From: the human T2T-CHM13v2.0 reference genome, Homo sapiens
Length of the DNA stretch: 64,000 bases
Strand: one strand, 5' to 3'
Assembly (NCBI RefSeq): GCF_009914755.1
Contig: NC_060925.1
Position 1 is the stretch's first letter; each line of letters opens with the position of its first letter. The translations under genes and the position numbers were made by a program. Positions 1-11,115 of this stretch are shown one piece after another. Under the pieces are notes generated by a model. That model did no database searches, was not told the origin of the DNA, and was given only the letters and a program-made list of their open reading frames with translations.

Positions 1-1214
1 TGCTTTCACAATATCTCCTTAAGAATTCTAACTATGTCTTGCCTCCTTAAAAGCTACTTTGTTTTAGTTGTTGGGACTGGTCTCCTTACTTCAATGGTTT
101 TGATCCCTTTTAAAATAATGTCTACTCTTTAAATGCTTGGTTTGGAGGATATACACACTAGGCATTGGGGTATTTTGGGCCAGGGAGGTTGACAGGCATT
201 GGAAGGTAAGGAGAAATGTCTTCTCCAGTAGGCTGCTGATGACAGGTTCTTTAAGATGGGGTGAGGTTCAGAAGCTTCTTTATTCTAAAGTCCCAATGGA
301 AATGGGGTGCCCTTGGCCCCACATTGCTACTCCTCTTGGACACAGCCACCTATGAGAATAGCTATCTCTCCTGGAGCTGCACATAGCTCGTTGGAGGAAT
401 GGTTCCTGTCTTTGATCCTAGGGGATTCACCGGGCTTTCTTCCCTGGACCTCATAACTGAAGTGTTCACTCCAGATTTTTCTAGAGAGGCAATCTTCTGT
501 TCAGGTGGAGTTTGGGGTCCTTCCTTTGCTATCACAATCAATGAATCCCTCATCCTGTATCTTCTTTCCGAATATTTGAGGTTTCAGCCATATGTGGCTT
601 TTTCTCTAGCCTACTGCAATCAGCCAAGTTAATTTTGGTCGTTGATTCACCCCCAGGGAGTTGCAACAGCAAAAAGATCCTGAGCACCTGTTCAGGTCAT
701 TATTTTGTAGAATCCCCCAATAATTTCTCCTAATTCTTGATAATTAAAATGCCCCTCCCATCTTCTTGTCTTTTCGAGCCCCCTTATTTTCTTCTTTTTG
801 CATATTGGCATGTCAGCTTATTTCTATCAAAGAAGTCTTACAAAAGGGAAAACAATAGTTTGATTTTGTTACTGTCACCAAACTTACTATTCCCAGTGCA
901 GATACCCTATCTGATGTTGGTTATTGCATGTCATAAGTCTAGGGTCAGCAGTCTGGGGATAGCCCTGGGAATTGGCTCCGAGTTTGTCATAATTGGAGTA
1001 ACCACTACAAGAAAGATGGGGAGGCAGGCATGGGCATAATGAGAGGGTATGTTTGTCTGGAAGTCAGGGAGTAGGCTGGGACATATAATAATTGCTTGTG
1101 AAAGCAGTAGTCTCATTTTGAGACTCTACCTTTGAAATGCCTATGTTGTTTAAATCTCTGTCTTGATGGCTGGCAATGTTGCTTTTCCAACCAAAAAGTT
1201 TAACAGTCATGGAC

Positions 1215-1385
1215 TGCATGCCAAGTCCCATGCAAAGCATTTTATATGTGCTAACTCATTCACTCCTTACCACAACCCTGTATTGTTATCTTCATTTTAC
1301 AAGTGGATAGACAGGGCTCAAAGAGAAGAGGTCAATTAGATGGCAGAATTGGTATTTGAATATGGTTTGGGTGATTCCAATGTCC
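1215..1385 (-). mobile_element. MIR SINE remnant
   Basis: Reverse-complement MIR core and tail: 'taactcattcactccttaccacaaccctg...cattttacaagtgg...acagggctca'. Confidence 0.7.
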
Positions 1386-1439
1386 ACAGGTATGCTGTAT
1401 GTCACCACTCTGTGTTCCTTATCGGCCCATGCTGTGTTT

Positions 1440-1660
1440 AGTTTTGAGTTGACTTTTGAAAGGTGAGTAAGATTTCAATAGCAAAAATAGGGAGGGCTGT
1501 CCAATTTGAGATACCAGCACATGAACAGGCAGGAAGGCAGGTGTAGATACAAAGGGAGATGTGGTTCTATGTGATTGGATTATAAACTATACAAGGGTGC
1601 TGTTATAGGGAGAAATGAGATTTGAAAGACAGGTTAACGCCAGATGGTGAAGGATCCTGT
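1440..1660 (-). mobile_element. L2 LINE remnant
   Basis: Purine-rich L2 antisense signature 'tttgagttgacttttgaaaggtgagtaagattt...ccagatggtgaagg'. Confidence 0.5.
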
Positions 1661-1669
1661 AACTTCCAA

Positions 1670-1745
1670 GCTGTGGAATTTTAGGCAAGTTATTTCACCT
1701 CTCTGAACTTCAGCTTCTTGATCTGGAAAATGGGGATGAAATGAC
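1670..1745 (+). mobile_element. MIR core fragment
   Basis: 'ggcaagttatttcacctctctgaacttcagcttcttgatctggaaaatggggat' matches the MIR core. Confidence 0.7.
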
Positions 1746-2423
1746 CGTCATGATTTTGTGCGTGTGTGTGTCTGTGTTCATGAGCTCATATCCACGTGTG
1801 TGTGTATAAAGCACCTAGTAAGCATGTAATGAAAGTTGATCCTCTTCCCTGTTTTTCAGGAGCTGCAGCTGGCTAGTTGGGGTGGGCAGGAGGGTTAGGG
1901 ATGGGGGTAATGGAGGGCTGGCAATGTTTTAGCAGCTCCTGAGGCCCCAGGTTTCTTCCAATCCCAACAACCTCTTCATCATTTGAGCAATCAGCCTCAG
2001 GCCCATTTGGTGTTAATTATGGCAACCCAGCCTTCTCTGTGTGAAGGAAACAGTTCCTCATTTCTCTCATTAAAGTAAAATATGACCCAGTTTTATGCCT
2101 GCGTATTTTGTTGCGGAGATTACGAGAATCATCCTTTCTGTTTATATGGAACGAAGAAACGTTACACCAGGAGGGCGGCCTGGGCCCCTGAGCCTGGGGA
2201 ATAGAAAGCAGATGTTGTCCTCACTGTTATTTTTCCTCCTAGCCCTGCTCCCACCCTTCTCCTATCATCTCTTCTCCCTCTAAGAAACATAATCCTCATT
2301 TCAGATCAACACAAGGTAAGAGGATTGTAGGAGAATAAACTCACATTTACTGAGCTCTGTACCAGGTGCCAAGTCCTATAAACGAGTTCCCAGAAGCTTC
2401 AGGGGTAGTTGGTATTAATCCTT

Positions 2424-2690
2424 TTTAAAAATTGTATATATTTAAGGTGTACAACATGATGTTTGGATATACATATACATAATGAAGTGATTACTACAGT
2501 CAAACAAATTAACATATCCATCACCTCACACAGTTGGCTCTCTTTTATGTACTCTCATTGTTAGCAAGTTTCCAATATACAATACAATATTATTAGTTAT
2601 AGTCCTCCCGCTGTAGTTTAGGTCTTTAGACTGATTTGCCCTATAGAATTGCAACTGTATATACCCTTTGACCTATTAATCTTTTCTCAC
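2424..2690 (-). mobile_element. L1MA (L1MA8/9-like) 3' end
   Basis: 'aattgtatatatttaaggtgtacaacatgatg...aattaacatatccatcacctcaca' is typical of the antisense L1MA 3'UTR. Confidence 0.75.
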
Positions 2691-3147
2691 TCTCAGTTCC
2701 CTCAAACCAAGAACGCCCAAAGTCTTTCTGTTGTCTTGAGATGTGGGACAAAAACTAACCATGCTAGTCATAGATGCAATTACAAACCTTTGTGCGCTGC
2801 TTTGTGGGGTACACAGACTTTCACACATATTGTTCTAGTGGATCTTCCCCCCAGATAAAGTGACTGGGGGTTGCAAGAACTCAGGAATTTGTACAACTGA
2901 ATTACTAAGTAATGGATACTTTGAAAGATTTTAAGCAGGGAATTGACAATGTAAGATGTGTGCTTTTGAAGGATTGCTCTGGTAAGAGTCTGGAAATGGG
3001 TAGGAAGAAAGTGACAGTGAAAGAGATATTTAAAAAAAAAAATCGTCCCAAACATGGAAATAAGGCAAAGAGTTCTGCATGTGTTCTCATTGTCATACCA
3101 GAGCATTGTCTAACAGGTATGCTTGATGGATATTTAATTCTCTATGG

Positions 3148-3343
3148 CAGGGGTTGACAAACTTTTAGTGCAAAGGACCAGATAGTAAATATTTTAGTCT
3201 TGTGGTCCATATGGTCTCTGCTGTAGTTGGTCAAAAATACCATTGTAGCATGAAAACAGCCAAAGACAATATGTAAATGAATGAGCATGAATGGTGTAAA
3301 TAAAACTTTATTTACAAAAACAAAAGGTGGCTGCCAACTTCTA
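3148..3343 (+). mobile_element. MER58A hAT-Charlie DNA transposon relic
   Basis: Starts 'caggggttgacaaac', internal 'ccagatagtaaatattttag' and 'aataaaactttatttacaaaaaca'; 8-bp TSD-like flanks ctctatgg / ctctacag. Confidence 0.8.
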
Positions 3344-3734
3344 CTCTACAGGAATGTACTTTTGTTTGACATATTGTTTACTATTGATTAGAACCCAGCT
3401 TTGCTAAATTACATGCTGGTTTGTAAATTTTTTTTCTAATGGAGTTGCAAATAATCTCAGCCTATTAAAAAAATTCTAAAGGCTATGGTTTTATTGTTGT
3501 GAAGGACATTAACCAGTTTTATATCTAACAAGAAATCTTATTCCAACGTTCTTTCTGCAGTGCTTATATAATATAAATACTCAGCCCTTTGCATATGCTA
3601 CAAGCTAGATTTACCATCTGGCTGGTTCCCTCATTAATGCATTAAATAAATCTTTAACACATGTTCACTTTATATTTGTATGACAGTTATGTTTTATTTT
3701 AACTCTCTGAAAGTTTTACTGTATTTTAACAGTA

Positions 3735-3960
3735 GAGAGTTTCAGGATAAGATTGTTGGAGTAGTCCAGAGAAGATTCAGAGGTGATATAGATGGAGACT
3801 CTGAGATATTTTCAAGATGTTTAAAAGATATAATTGATAGGACTTGATCATTGATGATATGGAGGACTGAAGAAGAGGATAGAGAATGAATGATTCCCAA
3901 ATATAGCTTGATATGATGACTAATAAATGGCATTGCTACTCATCGAGCCAGGGAATACTG
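3735..3960 (-). mobile_element. L2 LINE remnant
   Basis: 'gagatatttt...gataggacttg...gaatgattccca' is the L2 antisense pattern. Confidence 0.55.
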
Positions 3961-4334
3961 TTACAGAATATTCCCTAATCCTTCAAAAGTTTATGGCAAT
4001 GTCAGTTATCTGCAGAATAACTAAGGTTCTTCCAGGTGTGTGCCTTCTCAATCAGTCCAGAGGTCCTAAGATCTGATCACATTGGACCATATTACTGTTA
4101 ATAAGAACTGTTCCTTGTTTAACACTGTGCCTCTTTTTCCCATGCATTTTCTTGTGTTATCCTAACCCCATCTAGGGATACTATCTGAGTTTCCTTACTC
4201 TATTTTGGTGAGAAAGTTTAACCACTTAGATGAGACTACATAATACAGAAGACCAGAACCTAGAACCTGGTCCTCCTGAATCCTGGTCTAGTGATGTTTC
4301 AATGGAAATTTGGAAAAAAATCTGTGATGGCTTA

Positions 4335-4447
4335 CTAGGCTGTGAACTCTCTGAGGTCAGGGACCATGTCTGGTTTTGTTTGCTATTATAGCCCTGGCGT
4401 GTAGTAGATGCTCATCAAATGTTTGAATGAACAAATCAATGAATGAA
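4335..4447 (+). mobile_element. L2 3' end
   Basis: 'ctgtgaactctctgaggtcagggaccatgtctg...tagatgctcatcaaatgtttgaatgaa' with (ATGA)n tail. Confidence 0.75.
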
Positions 4448-4454
4448 CTCGGTC

Positions 4455-4620
4455 ATTGAAGAAAAGCATTATTTCGAGAGTCAAGGAGTCTGGGTCTGCA
4501 ACTGACCTTGTTAAGAAAATCCCTTCCTTTCTCAAGACCTCATTTTCCCCCACTACAAAATGAGATGGATTGGACTAGGCAATACTGGGTCTTCCTTCTA
4601 AGTCTAAACACCTATAAATT
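4455..4620 (+). mobile_element. MIR3/MIRc SINE
   Basis: Core plus MIR3-type tail 'aaaatgagatggattggactag...ccttctaagtctaaa'. Confidence 0.6.
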
Positions 4621-5184
4621 AGGAGAGCAGCCCAGGACCCATCATGTCAAGTGAATTTTGAGGGAAATAATTTTGCTTTTGTGTTCTGAGGGAGAGGGAG
4701 GGGGCTATATTTTCAAGGTCAGATGTCTAGGTGTCTGAGACTGAGTTAGCGCTTCTAGGGCCAAAGCTTATGGAGTCTCTTGGATCAGAGAAGAATGAGG
4801 GTCTTTCCTGCTGCTTAAAATAGATAATGATTATTTCTAGAACTAGTGAGAACCCTAGATTGGAAGATAACATTTGTTGTTACCACAGCATTTCATGGCA
4901 TTTCCAGCAGTTCCTGAAAGGAGAAAGAGGTATCAGCGAGAGCCCACTCAGTCCAGCCTTGTTCTGGGCACTGGGGCTAGGGCTGATCGTGGTGCTTGCA
5001 GACATGTTGCGGAGTGGGCAGAATCCTGGGTGGAGAGTCAGTAGACCTAACATTTTATCTCAACTCTGCCACATAGTAGCTCTGTGACATGGTCAAGTCT
5101 CTGCCTCCTGAACCTTAATTTCCTGTCTGTAGAATACAAGGTAAGGGTTCCACAGGAAGACCTCAACATCAATCTGGCTGCTGG

Positions 5185-5640
5185 GAGGAAGCAGGTTCTA
5201 GCTTAGATGGTTTGAGAGAGGTTAATGAAGGACCTAATCATGCGGGATGTGGGCAGGGTTAAGGGAACCAACATGAGATGTTGAGGTGCCCAGAGGCTAC
5301 CAAGAGTGGGAAGCCATTACTACCCAAGCCTGAACAGTGAGGGAGGAGACTAGCTTTCTGGGACCCCACCCAGAACGGGAGGAAGGGCCACCCACAGGAG
5401 GTGTAGTCAGGGAGGGTCTTAGCCTCTTCCGGAAATGTATACCAAGGCAGGGAGGGAGCCAGAGGAATACCCTGGCCTCTTTCTCTTCTGCCCCGATTTC
5501 CTGCAGGCACCTCTGAGTCGTGCAGCATGAGGGTCACCCTCAGCAGCACAAAGCAGGAAAGAGAGAGTGGAGAATGGATCTGGGAGGGGGTGGAACAATG
5601 GCAAAGAACCAGCCCAGCCTCTAAAACCCCTTGTCATCTG
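5185..5640. mobile_element. ERVL LTR (LTR33-like)
   Basis: 'gtgggcagggttaagggaaccaaca...gaggtgcccagaggcta...gggaagccattactaccc' resembles the LTR33 family; boundaries approximate. Confidence 0.55.
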
Positions 5641-5849
5641 ACCATTGTGTCATCCTGTGAAACTGTCAGCCTCCCTTCCTTAACCAATCCCTCTTTTCCA
5701 GCCACATCACAGGACGGTCTGTTTGGGGAGCTATACAATTAATAACATCTCTGCCTAGATTTCTCTAGATATTCTTTGGAAAATCAAGGGGTAAATGATG
5801 ATGCCTCCAGAGGCCAATTCAGGCTTATGTGTCCCAATGTGTGTCTTTA

Positions 5850-6538
5850 AAAAAAAAACTTTTATTTCAGGTCCAGGGATACATGTGAAGTTTTGTTATA
5901 TAGGTAACATGTCATGGAGGTTTGTTGTACAGATTATTTCATCACTCAGGTATTAAGCTTAGTACCTGATAGTTAATTTTGCTACTCCTCTCCCTCCTCC
6001 CACCCTTCACCCTCAAGTAGACTCCAGTGTCTGTTGCTCCTTTCTTTGTGTTCATGTGTTCTCATCATTTAGCTCCCGCTTATAAGTGAGAACATGTGGT
6101 ATTTGGTTTTCTATTCCTGTGTTAGGATAATAGATGCTAAGGATAATGGCCTCCAGCTTTATCCATGTTCCTGCAAAAGACATAGTCACATTCTTTTTAT
6201 GGCTGCATAGTATTCTATGGTATATATGCACCACATTTGTTTAATCTGTCATTGATGGGCATTTAGGCTGATTCCATGTCTTTGCTATTGTGAAGAGTGC
6301 TGCAGTGAACATTTGCATGCATGTGTCTTTGTGGCAGAGTGATTTATATTCTTCTGGGTATATACCCAATTATGGGCTTGCTAGGTTGAATGGTAGTTCT
6401 GTTTTTAGCTCTTTGAGGAATCACCATACTGCTTTTCACAATGGTTGAACTAATTTACACTCCCATCAACAGTGTATGTTTCTTTTTGTCTGCAACCTCA
6501 CCAACATCTGTTATTTTTAGACTTTTTAATAAATAGCA
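5850..6538 (-). mobile_element. L1PA13-16-type 3' end (non-inverted part of a 5'-inverted insertion)
   Basis: Antisense L1 3'UTR and ORF2 C-terminus (ORF 6052-6234 '...MSFAGTWIKLEAIILS'). Confidence 0.85.
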
Positions 6539-6919
6539 TGTATTAGTTTGTTCTCACATTGCTATAAAGAACTACCCGAGACTGGGTAATTTATAAAGAA
6601 AAGAGGTTTGGTTGGCTCATGGTTCCACAGGCTGTATGGGAAGCATGGCTGGGAGGCCTCAGGAAACTTATGATCATGGCAGAAAGTGAAGGGGAAGCAG
6701 GCACATATTCACATGGCTAGCAGGAGACAGAGAGTAAAGGGGGACGTGCTACACACTTTTAAACAACCAGATCTCATGAGAACTCACTCACTATCACAAG
6801 AATGACAAGGGGGAAATCCACCCCCATGATCCAATCACCTGCCACCAGGTCCCTCCTCCAACAATGAGATCATAATTCAACATGAGATTTGGGTGGGGAC
6901 ACAGAGCCCAACAATATCA
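6539..6919 (-). mobile_element. MSTA solo LTR (MaLR)
   Basis: TG...CA termini ('tgtattagtttgttctcacattgctataaag' ... 'gatttgggtggggacacagagcccaacaatatca'); decayed 5-bp TSD tagca/tcgta. Confidence 0.9.
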
Positions 6920-7132
6920 TCGTATCTACAAGGAACTTAAATTTATAAGAGAAAAACAACCCCATCAAAAACTGGGCAAAGGACATGAACAGGCATTTTT
7001 CAAAAGAAGACATACATATAACCAACAAGTATATGAAGAAAATCTCAATATTACTGATCATGAGAGAAATGCAAATCAAAACCACAATGAGATAACACCT
7101 CACACCAGTCAGAATGGCTACTATTCAAAAGA
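6920..7132 (+). mobile_element. Inverted 5' segment of the L1 at 5850-6538
   Basis: Sense L1 ORF2 sequence 'aaggacatgaacaggcatttttcaaaagaagacatac...caccagtcagaatggcta' followed by TSD copy caatgtgtgtttta. Confidence 0.85.
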
Positions 7133-7161
7133 CAATGTGTGTTTTATTGTCTGTTTTTTCT

Positions 7162-7284
7162 CTAGACTTAACTCAGTGAAGTCAGGCATGGTGTCTGTGT
7201 GGAAACTGTAATTCCTAGTACAGGGCCTGGCTCAAGGCAGGCTCTCAATAACTATTTGTTGAATGGATGAATAAATGAATGAGT
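7162..7284 (+). mobile_element. L2 3' end
   Basis: 'cctagtacagggcctggctcaaggcaggctctcaataactatttgttgaatggatgaat'. Confidence 0.7.
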
Positions 7285-7409
7285 GGTCATATTCTTTATG
7301 ATCCATTTCCTGTCTCTGGCCTGTGACAGCATAAACCGCTCCCTCCTCTGTGCTGCATCTACACCCTGTTTGTATATCGTACTTTCCTTGTAGTGCTGCA
7401 TCGTAATGG

Positions 7410-7520
7410 CTGTGACTGTGAGCTCCTTAAGGGTAGGAAACTTATTTCAGGCAACCCAGTTTCCCCAGCATGATGAGGCCTGGCAGAGATCAAGTGCTCA
7501 TTATATGTTCCTTGAATTGA
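7410..7520 (+). mobile_element. L2 3' end
   Basis: 'gactgtgagctccttaagggtagg...cctggcagag...gtgctca'. Confidence 0.6.
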
Positions 7521-8215
7521 CTCTGAAGATATGTATTCAGCTAGTCTGGGCTCTGTGGAGGAGCTGTGAGCTCCATCCCTTACTCTAGTTAATCTTCCCC
7601 TTCCTTTCCCTCTTCTCTGCCTGCTCACCCCCAGGCACATCCTCACTGGCTTGTTGTAAATTTCATTTCTTGCATCTTGATAGGTTAGTTCTTGGAAACC
7701 TGACTGGAGCATTCAAATAAATCATTTCCTGGAATTTTGAGTTGCCTCTGCCTATGATAGGACTAGCTTTTAAGGGAATACAGTAAGAAGGTTCACTTAG
7801 TACAGCTTATGTAAAAAGGAGTTAAAAAGAGGATAGCACTGGTTATTGATACCCCTTTTCAAGTCAAGCTGTATGGTTGGAGGGTGAGTACCCTGGTGTG
7901 TGCTGAGTACCATGCTCCATACCAGGGGCTGGAGGCACAGAGGGGAAGACAGATGTCCTAACCCTCATGGGGCTTACATTTGAAAGGAGGAAGATATTAC
8001 ACTATATTATAAATGTTTTTCCATCAATTCTTGGAATTTACCAATTTGTCCTATAGACACAACTGCACATCTACAACATAATAGGTGTACAATCTGCGTT
8101 TTCATCAGTGGGAAAAGAATAAGAAAAGAATAAGGAAACTTTCCATATCCTGACATGGAAGGATCTCCAATGTAGAGTATGAAGCGACCAGAGCAAGGAG
8201 AAAAATGAGAATGTA

Positions 8216-8622
8216 CAGTTGACTCTTGAGCAAAACAAGTTTAAATTGCATGACGCTGCTTATACCCCTGAGACAGTAAGACCAACCCCTTTTTTCTCCC
8301 CCTCCCTCAGCCTATGCAAAGTGAAGATGATAAGGATGAAGACCTTTATGATAATCCACTTCCACTTAATGAATTGTAAATATATTTTCTCTTCCTTGTG
8401 ATTTTCTTAATAACATTTTGTGTTCTCTAGCTTACTATATCATAAGACTAAGGTATATAATACATATACAAAATATGTGTTAATCAACTGTTATTGGTAA
8501 GACTTGCCGTCAACAGTAGGCTATCAGTAGTTAGGTTTTGGGAGAATCAAAAGCTATATGCAGAGTTTTGACTGTGAGAGGGGCTGGTGCTCCTAACCTC
8601 TGAGTGGTTCAAAGGTCAACCA
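8216..8622 (+). mobile_element. Tigger2a (MER28) DNA transposon relic
   Basis: TIRs 'cagttgactcttgagcaa' / 'ggttcaaaggtcaacca' flanked by TA; internal 'gatgaagacctttatgataatccacttccacttaatgaa'. Confidence 0.85.
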
Positions 8623-8834
8623 TAGTCTTCTCTTTTCATGTTAGAAAGAAAGAAGGAAAGTCAGAATACATGTTTTTGTTTGCCTGAAGTGAGTCTAGAA
8701 GGATACACAAGAAATTAATAAAAGTGATTACTTGTGTGGGTGAGGAGAGGCAGGTTGGATAGAGCCAGATGTTCATAGTTTTACCATTTTATATTTCACT
8801 TTTTGAAATGTGGAAAAATTACTTGGTTACCTTT

Positions 8835-9090
8835 GACGTGATGTAATAGTGAAAGCATAGGTTGCCCATAGGAGGAGCACATAACCTAGTCTGAAGTTAA
8901 TGGGGAAAGCTTCCTGGAGGAGGTGACATTTAATCTGAGGTCTAAGATGAGTTGGAGTTGGCCAGAAATGGGGAGTGGAGAAGTTCCCTTCAGGCAGTGA
9001 GAACAGCCTTCTGAAGACTTTAAAGTGAAAGAGTGTGGGGAATTCAAGGAACCTAAAGAAGTCCACTGGGGCTGGGCAGAAATTTTAAGG
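8835..9090 (-). mobile_element. L2 remnant
   Basis: 'ggaaagcttcctggaggaggtgacatttaatctgaggtctaag...gagttggccag'. Confidence 0.7.
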
Positions 9091-9189
9091 TTTGGGATTA
9101 TGGTAGGAAGAGAGGGACTGACATTTATCAAGGACTAACTTTTGATTTTATCAACGGCAGCTGCAGCCTGCACATGCCATGGGTTTCCT

Positions 9190-9350
9190 ATGTACCAGGC
9201 ACCTTACTAAGCCTGCCACATGCAATCTCTTATCCATTCCTCACATGAGCTAGGCACTTATCATTTCCATTTTCCAGACAGAAGCAGGAGCTCTGAGAGT
9301 TTCAAGAACTTCCTAGGTCAAGCAAGTGGCAGATGGCAAGCCAGGCCATC
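9190..9350 (-). mobile_element. MIR
   Basis: 'ctatgtaccaggcac...ccattcctcaca...ccattttccagacag'. Confidence 0.6.
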
Positions 9351-9616
9351 TGCTCTGCACAGTCATCTGTGCAATGAGGATACCGACCTTGTAGATGAGA
9401 TGAGATGCATGGGAAGCACCTAACCCAGGGACGGACACATTATAGGGATGTGGCCAATCTCATCTACCACTAATTGGTGGTTCCCCAAGTCTGGGAAGAT
9501 TGCTTGAACTATCCCATAAGCCTGCTGGAAAGCGTTGAATCTGAAAGAAAATAAAACTCAGCAACTGCAATTCCTTACTAAGAGATCAAAAACAATGATT
9601 CTAAAGAAAGGGGTTG

Positions 9617-9728
9617 GCGGGAGGCAGAGGTTGCAGTGAGCCGAGATCGTGCCACTGCACTCCAGCCTGGGCAACAGAGGGAGACTCTGCCTCAAAAAAA
9701 AAAAAAAAAAAGAAAAGAAAAAAAGAAA
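9617..9728 (+). mobile_element. 5'-truncated Alu (3' part of right arm plus A-tail)
   Basis: 'gggaggcagaggttgcagtgagccgagatcgtgccactgcactccagcctgggcaacagag' plus poly(A); perfect 14-bp TSD aaagaaaggggttg (9603-9616 / 9729-9742). Confidence 0.95.
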
Positions 9729-9849
9729 AAAGAAAGGGGTTGAGGGAATGGTATTAAATCCAGATCTTCTAAATGTAAGATTCCCAAACCCCTCTTCTTT
9801 TGTGGCCCAGGAAGTTCATTTAATGAAGGTGAGGCTGAGCAGAGTGGCG

Positions 9850-10045
9850 CTGAGCACCAGCTCCCTGCTAGGCACTCTGCAGGCCAATGCCACCTACATG
9901 GTCTCAATTACTCCTCACCAGGACTGGAGTTATCCCCATTTTACAGACAATGAAACTGAAGCTAAAGAAAGTTAATCGGTTTGCTCCAGTTCATAAAGGT
10001 AGGAAGTGTTGAACCAGGACTTGAACCCTGGTTTCTGATGGATGA
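9850..10045 (-). mobile_element. MIR
   Basis: 'ttatccccattttacagacaatgaaactgaagct'. Confidence 0.7.
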
Positions 10046-10149
10046 CAGAGCTTTTGGCATTCTAACATATACTCAGATGATCAGGAGATGATTAGAAGAG
10101 AGCTATGATTCAGCCTAAATCTATGGCTTGGTGAGCACACAGATGAGGG

Positions 10150-10430
10150 GCCAAGCCATTTTTAGAAAGATGACAAGGTGACCCTTGATGGGAGTCCTAA
10201 AGAACATGAAGCTGTTGGCCAGGTGGAAATGAGAAGAAATGGTGCTCCAGGAAGAGGGGCCAGCACAGTCAAAGCTTGGGGGCACAGGACCTGTGGCTCC
10301 TGTAGAAAGTCTGTGCTCTAGGGTGGCAGTGGGAGGGGTGTGAGAGGTGGAAGGAGAGAGGAAGGGCAGGCTCTTGATAACTGGACCTGATTTAAAACAT
10401 GCCCAAAATGTTATCTTGTCCCTGAGCAAG
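10150..10430 (-). mobile_element. L2 remnant
   Basis: 'gaagctgttggccaggtgg...tccaggaagaggggccagcacagtcaaagcttgg'. Confidence 0.55.
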
Positions 10431-10914
10431 TCCATTTTCTCCCTCTATAAATGAAGAGAGAGAAACCACTGAAAGCATTTTCCATTTTAACCAGGTTCAC
10501 AATGAAAGGACACAGATGGCTCGTGGCTCAGGGAGGATCGTGTATCAGGTCTGGAAGGTCTCCAAAGAGGGGTCTTTCAGGAGGCTGCAAAGCACTACCA
10601 GCGTGCTCCCTGCTTCTGTCTCATCCCCCTGCCCCATTTGCTTTCTCATTTGTTCTGTGTCCAATCGCTGTCCCCACACCTCATCAATCTCCCTGGCTCA
10701 CTGAGAAAGGCCAATCTCCCTCCTGCGGAGACCCCCAGTGCCTGGTGCTGACATCAGAGAGCTGGACTCTGTTTGTCCTCATAATCTGGGGACAGATAAC
10801 GGCCATTAACGCCTTGCTTAATTACGAACACCCAAAGCAGGCCTACTAGTCATAGACCAGCAGAGCTGGGAGGAGACACATGGCAATCCAGGCTCCATCT
10901 TATTTTATTTCTTT

Positions 10915-11115
10915 TATTTAAATGAATTAATATGTGAAAGCTCTTGGAACAGTGCCCAGCACATAGCAAGTGTTTTGAAAATGTTTGCTATTATTGTTAT
11001 CAGTGCTGTCACATTTATAGATGGAGAAGTAGAGGCCCAGCGAGGATTGGGGGCTTGCCCAGTTACACAGCAAGTGACAGGCTGCAGTGGGACTGAGTCC
11101 AGGCCAGGACTATTT
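10915..11115. mobile_element. Two adjacent MIR fragments in opposite orientation (+ tail 10915-11000, - core 11010-11115)
   Basis: 'aaatgaattaatatgtgaaagctcttggaacagtgcccagcacatag' then 'atttatagatggagaagtagaggcccag...cttgcccagttacacagc'. Confidence 0.7.
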
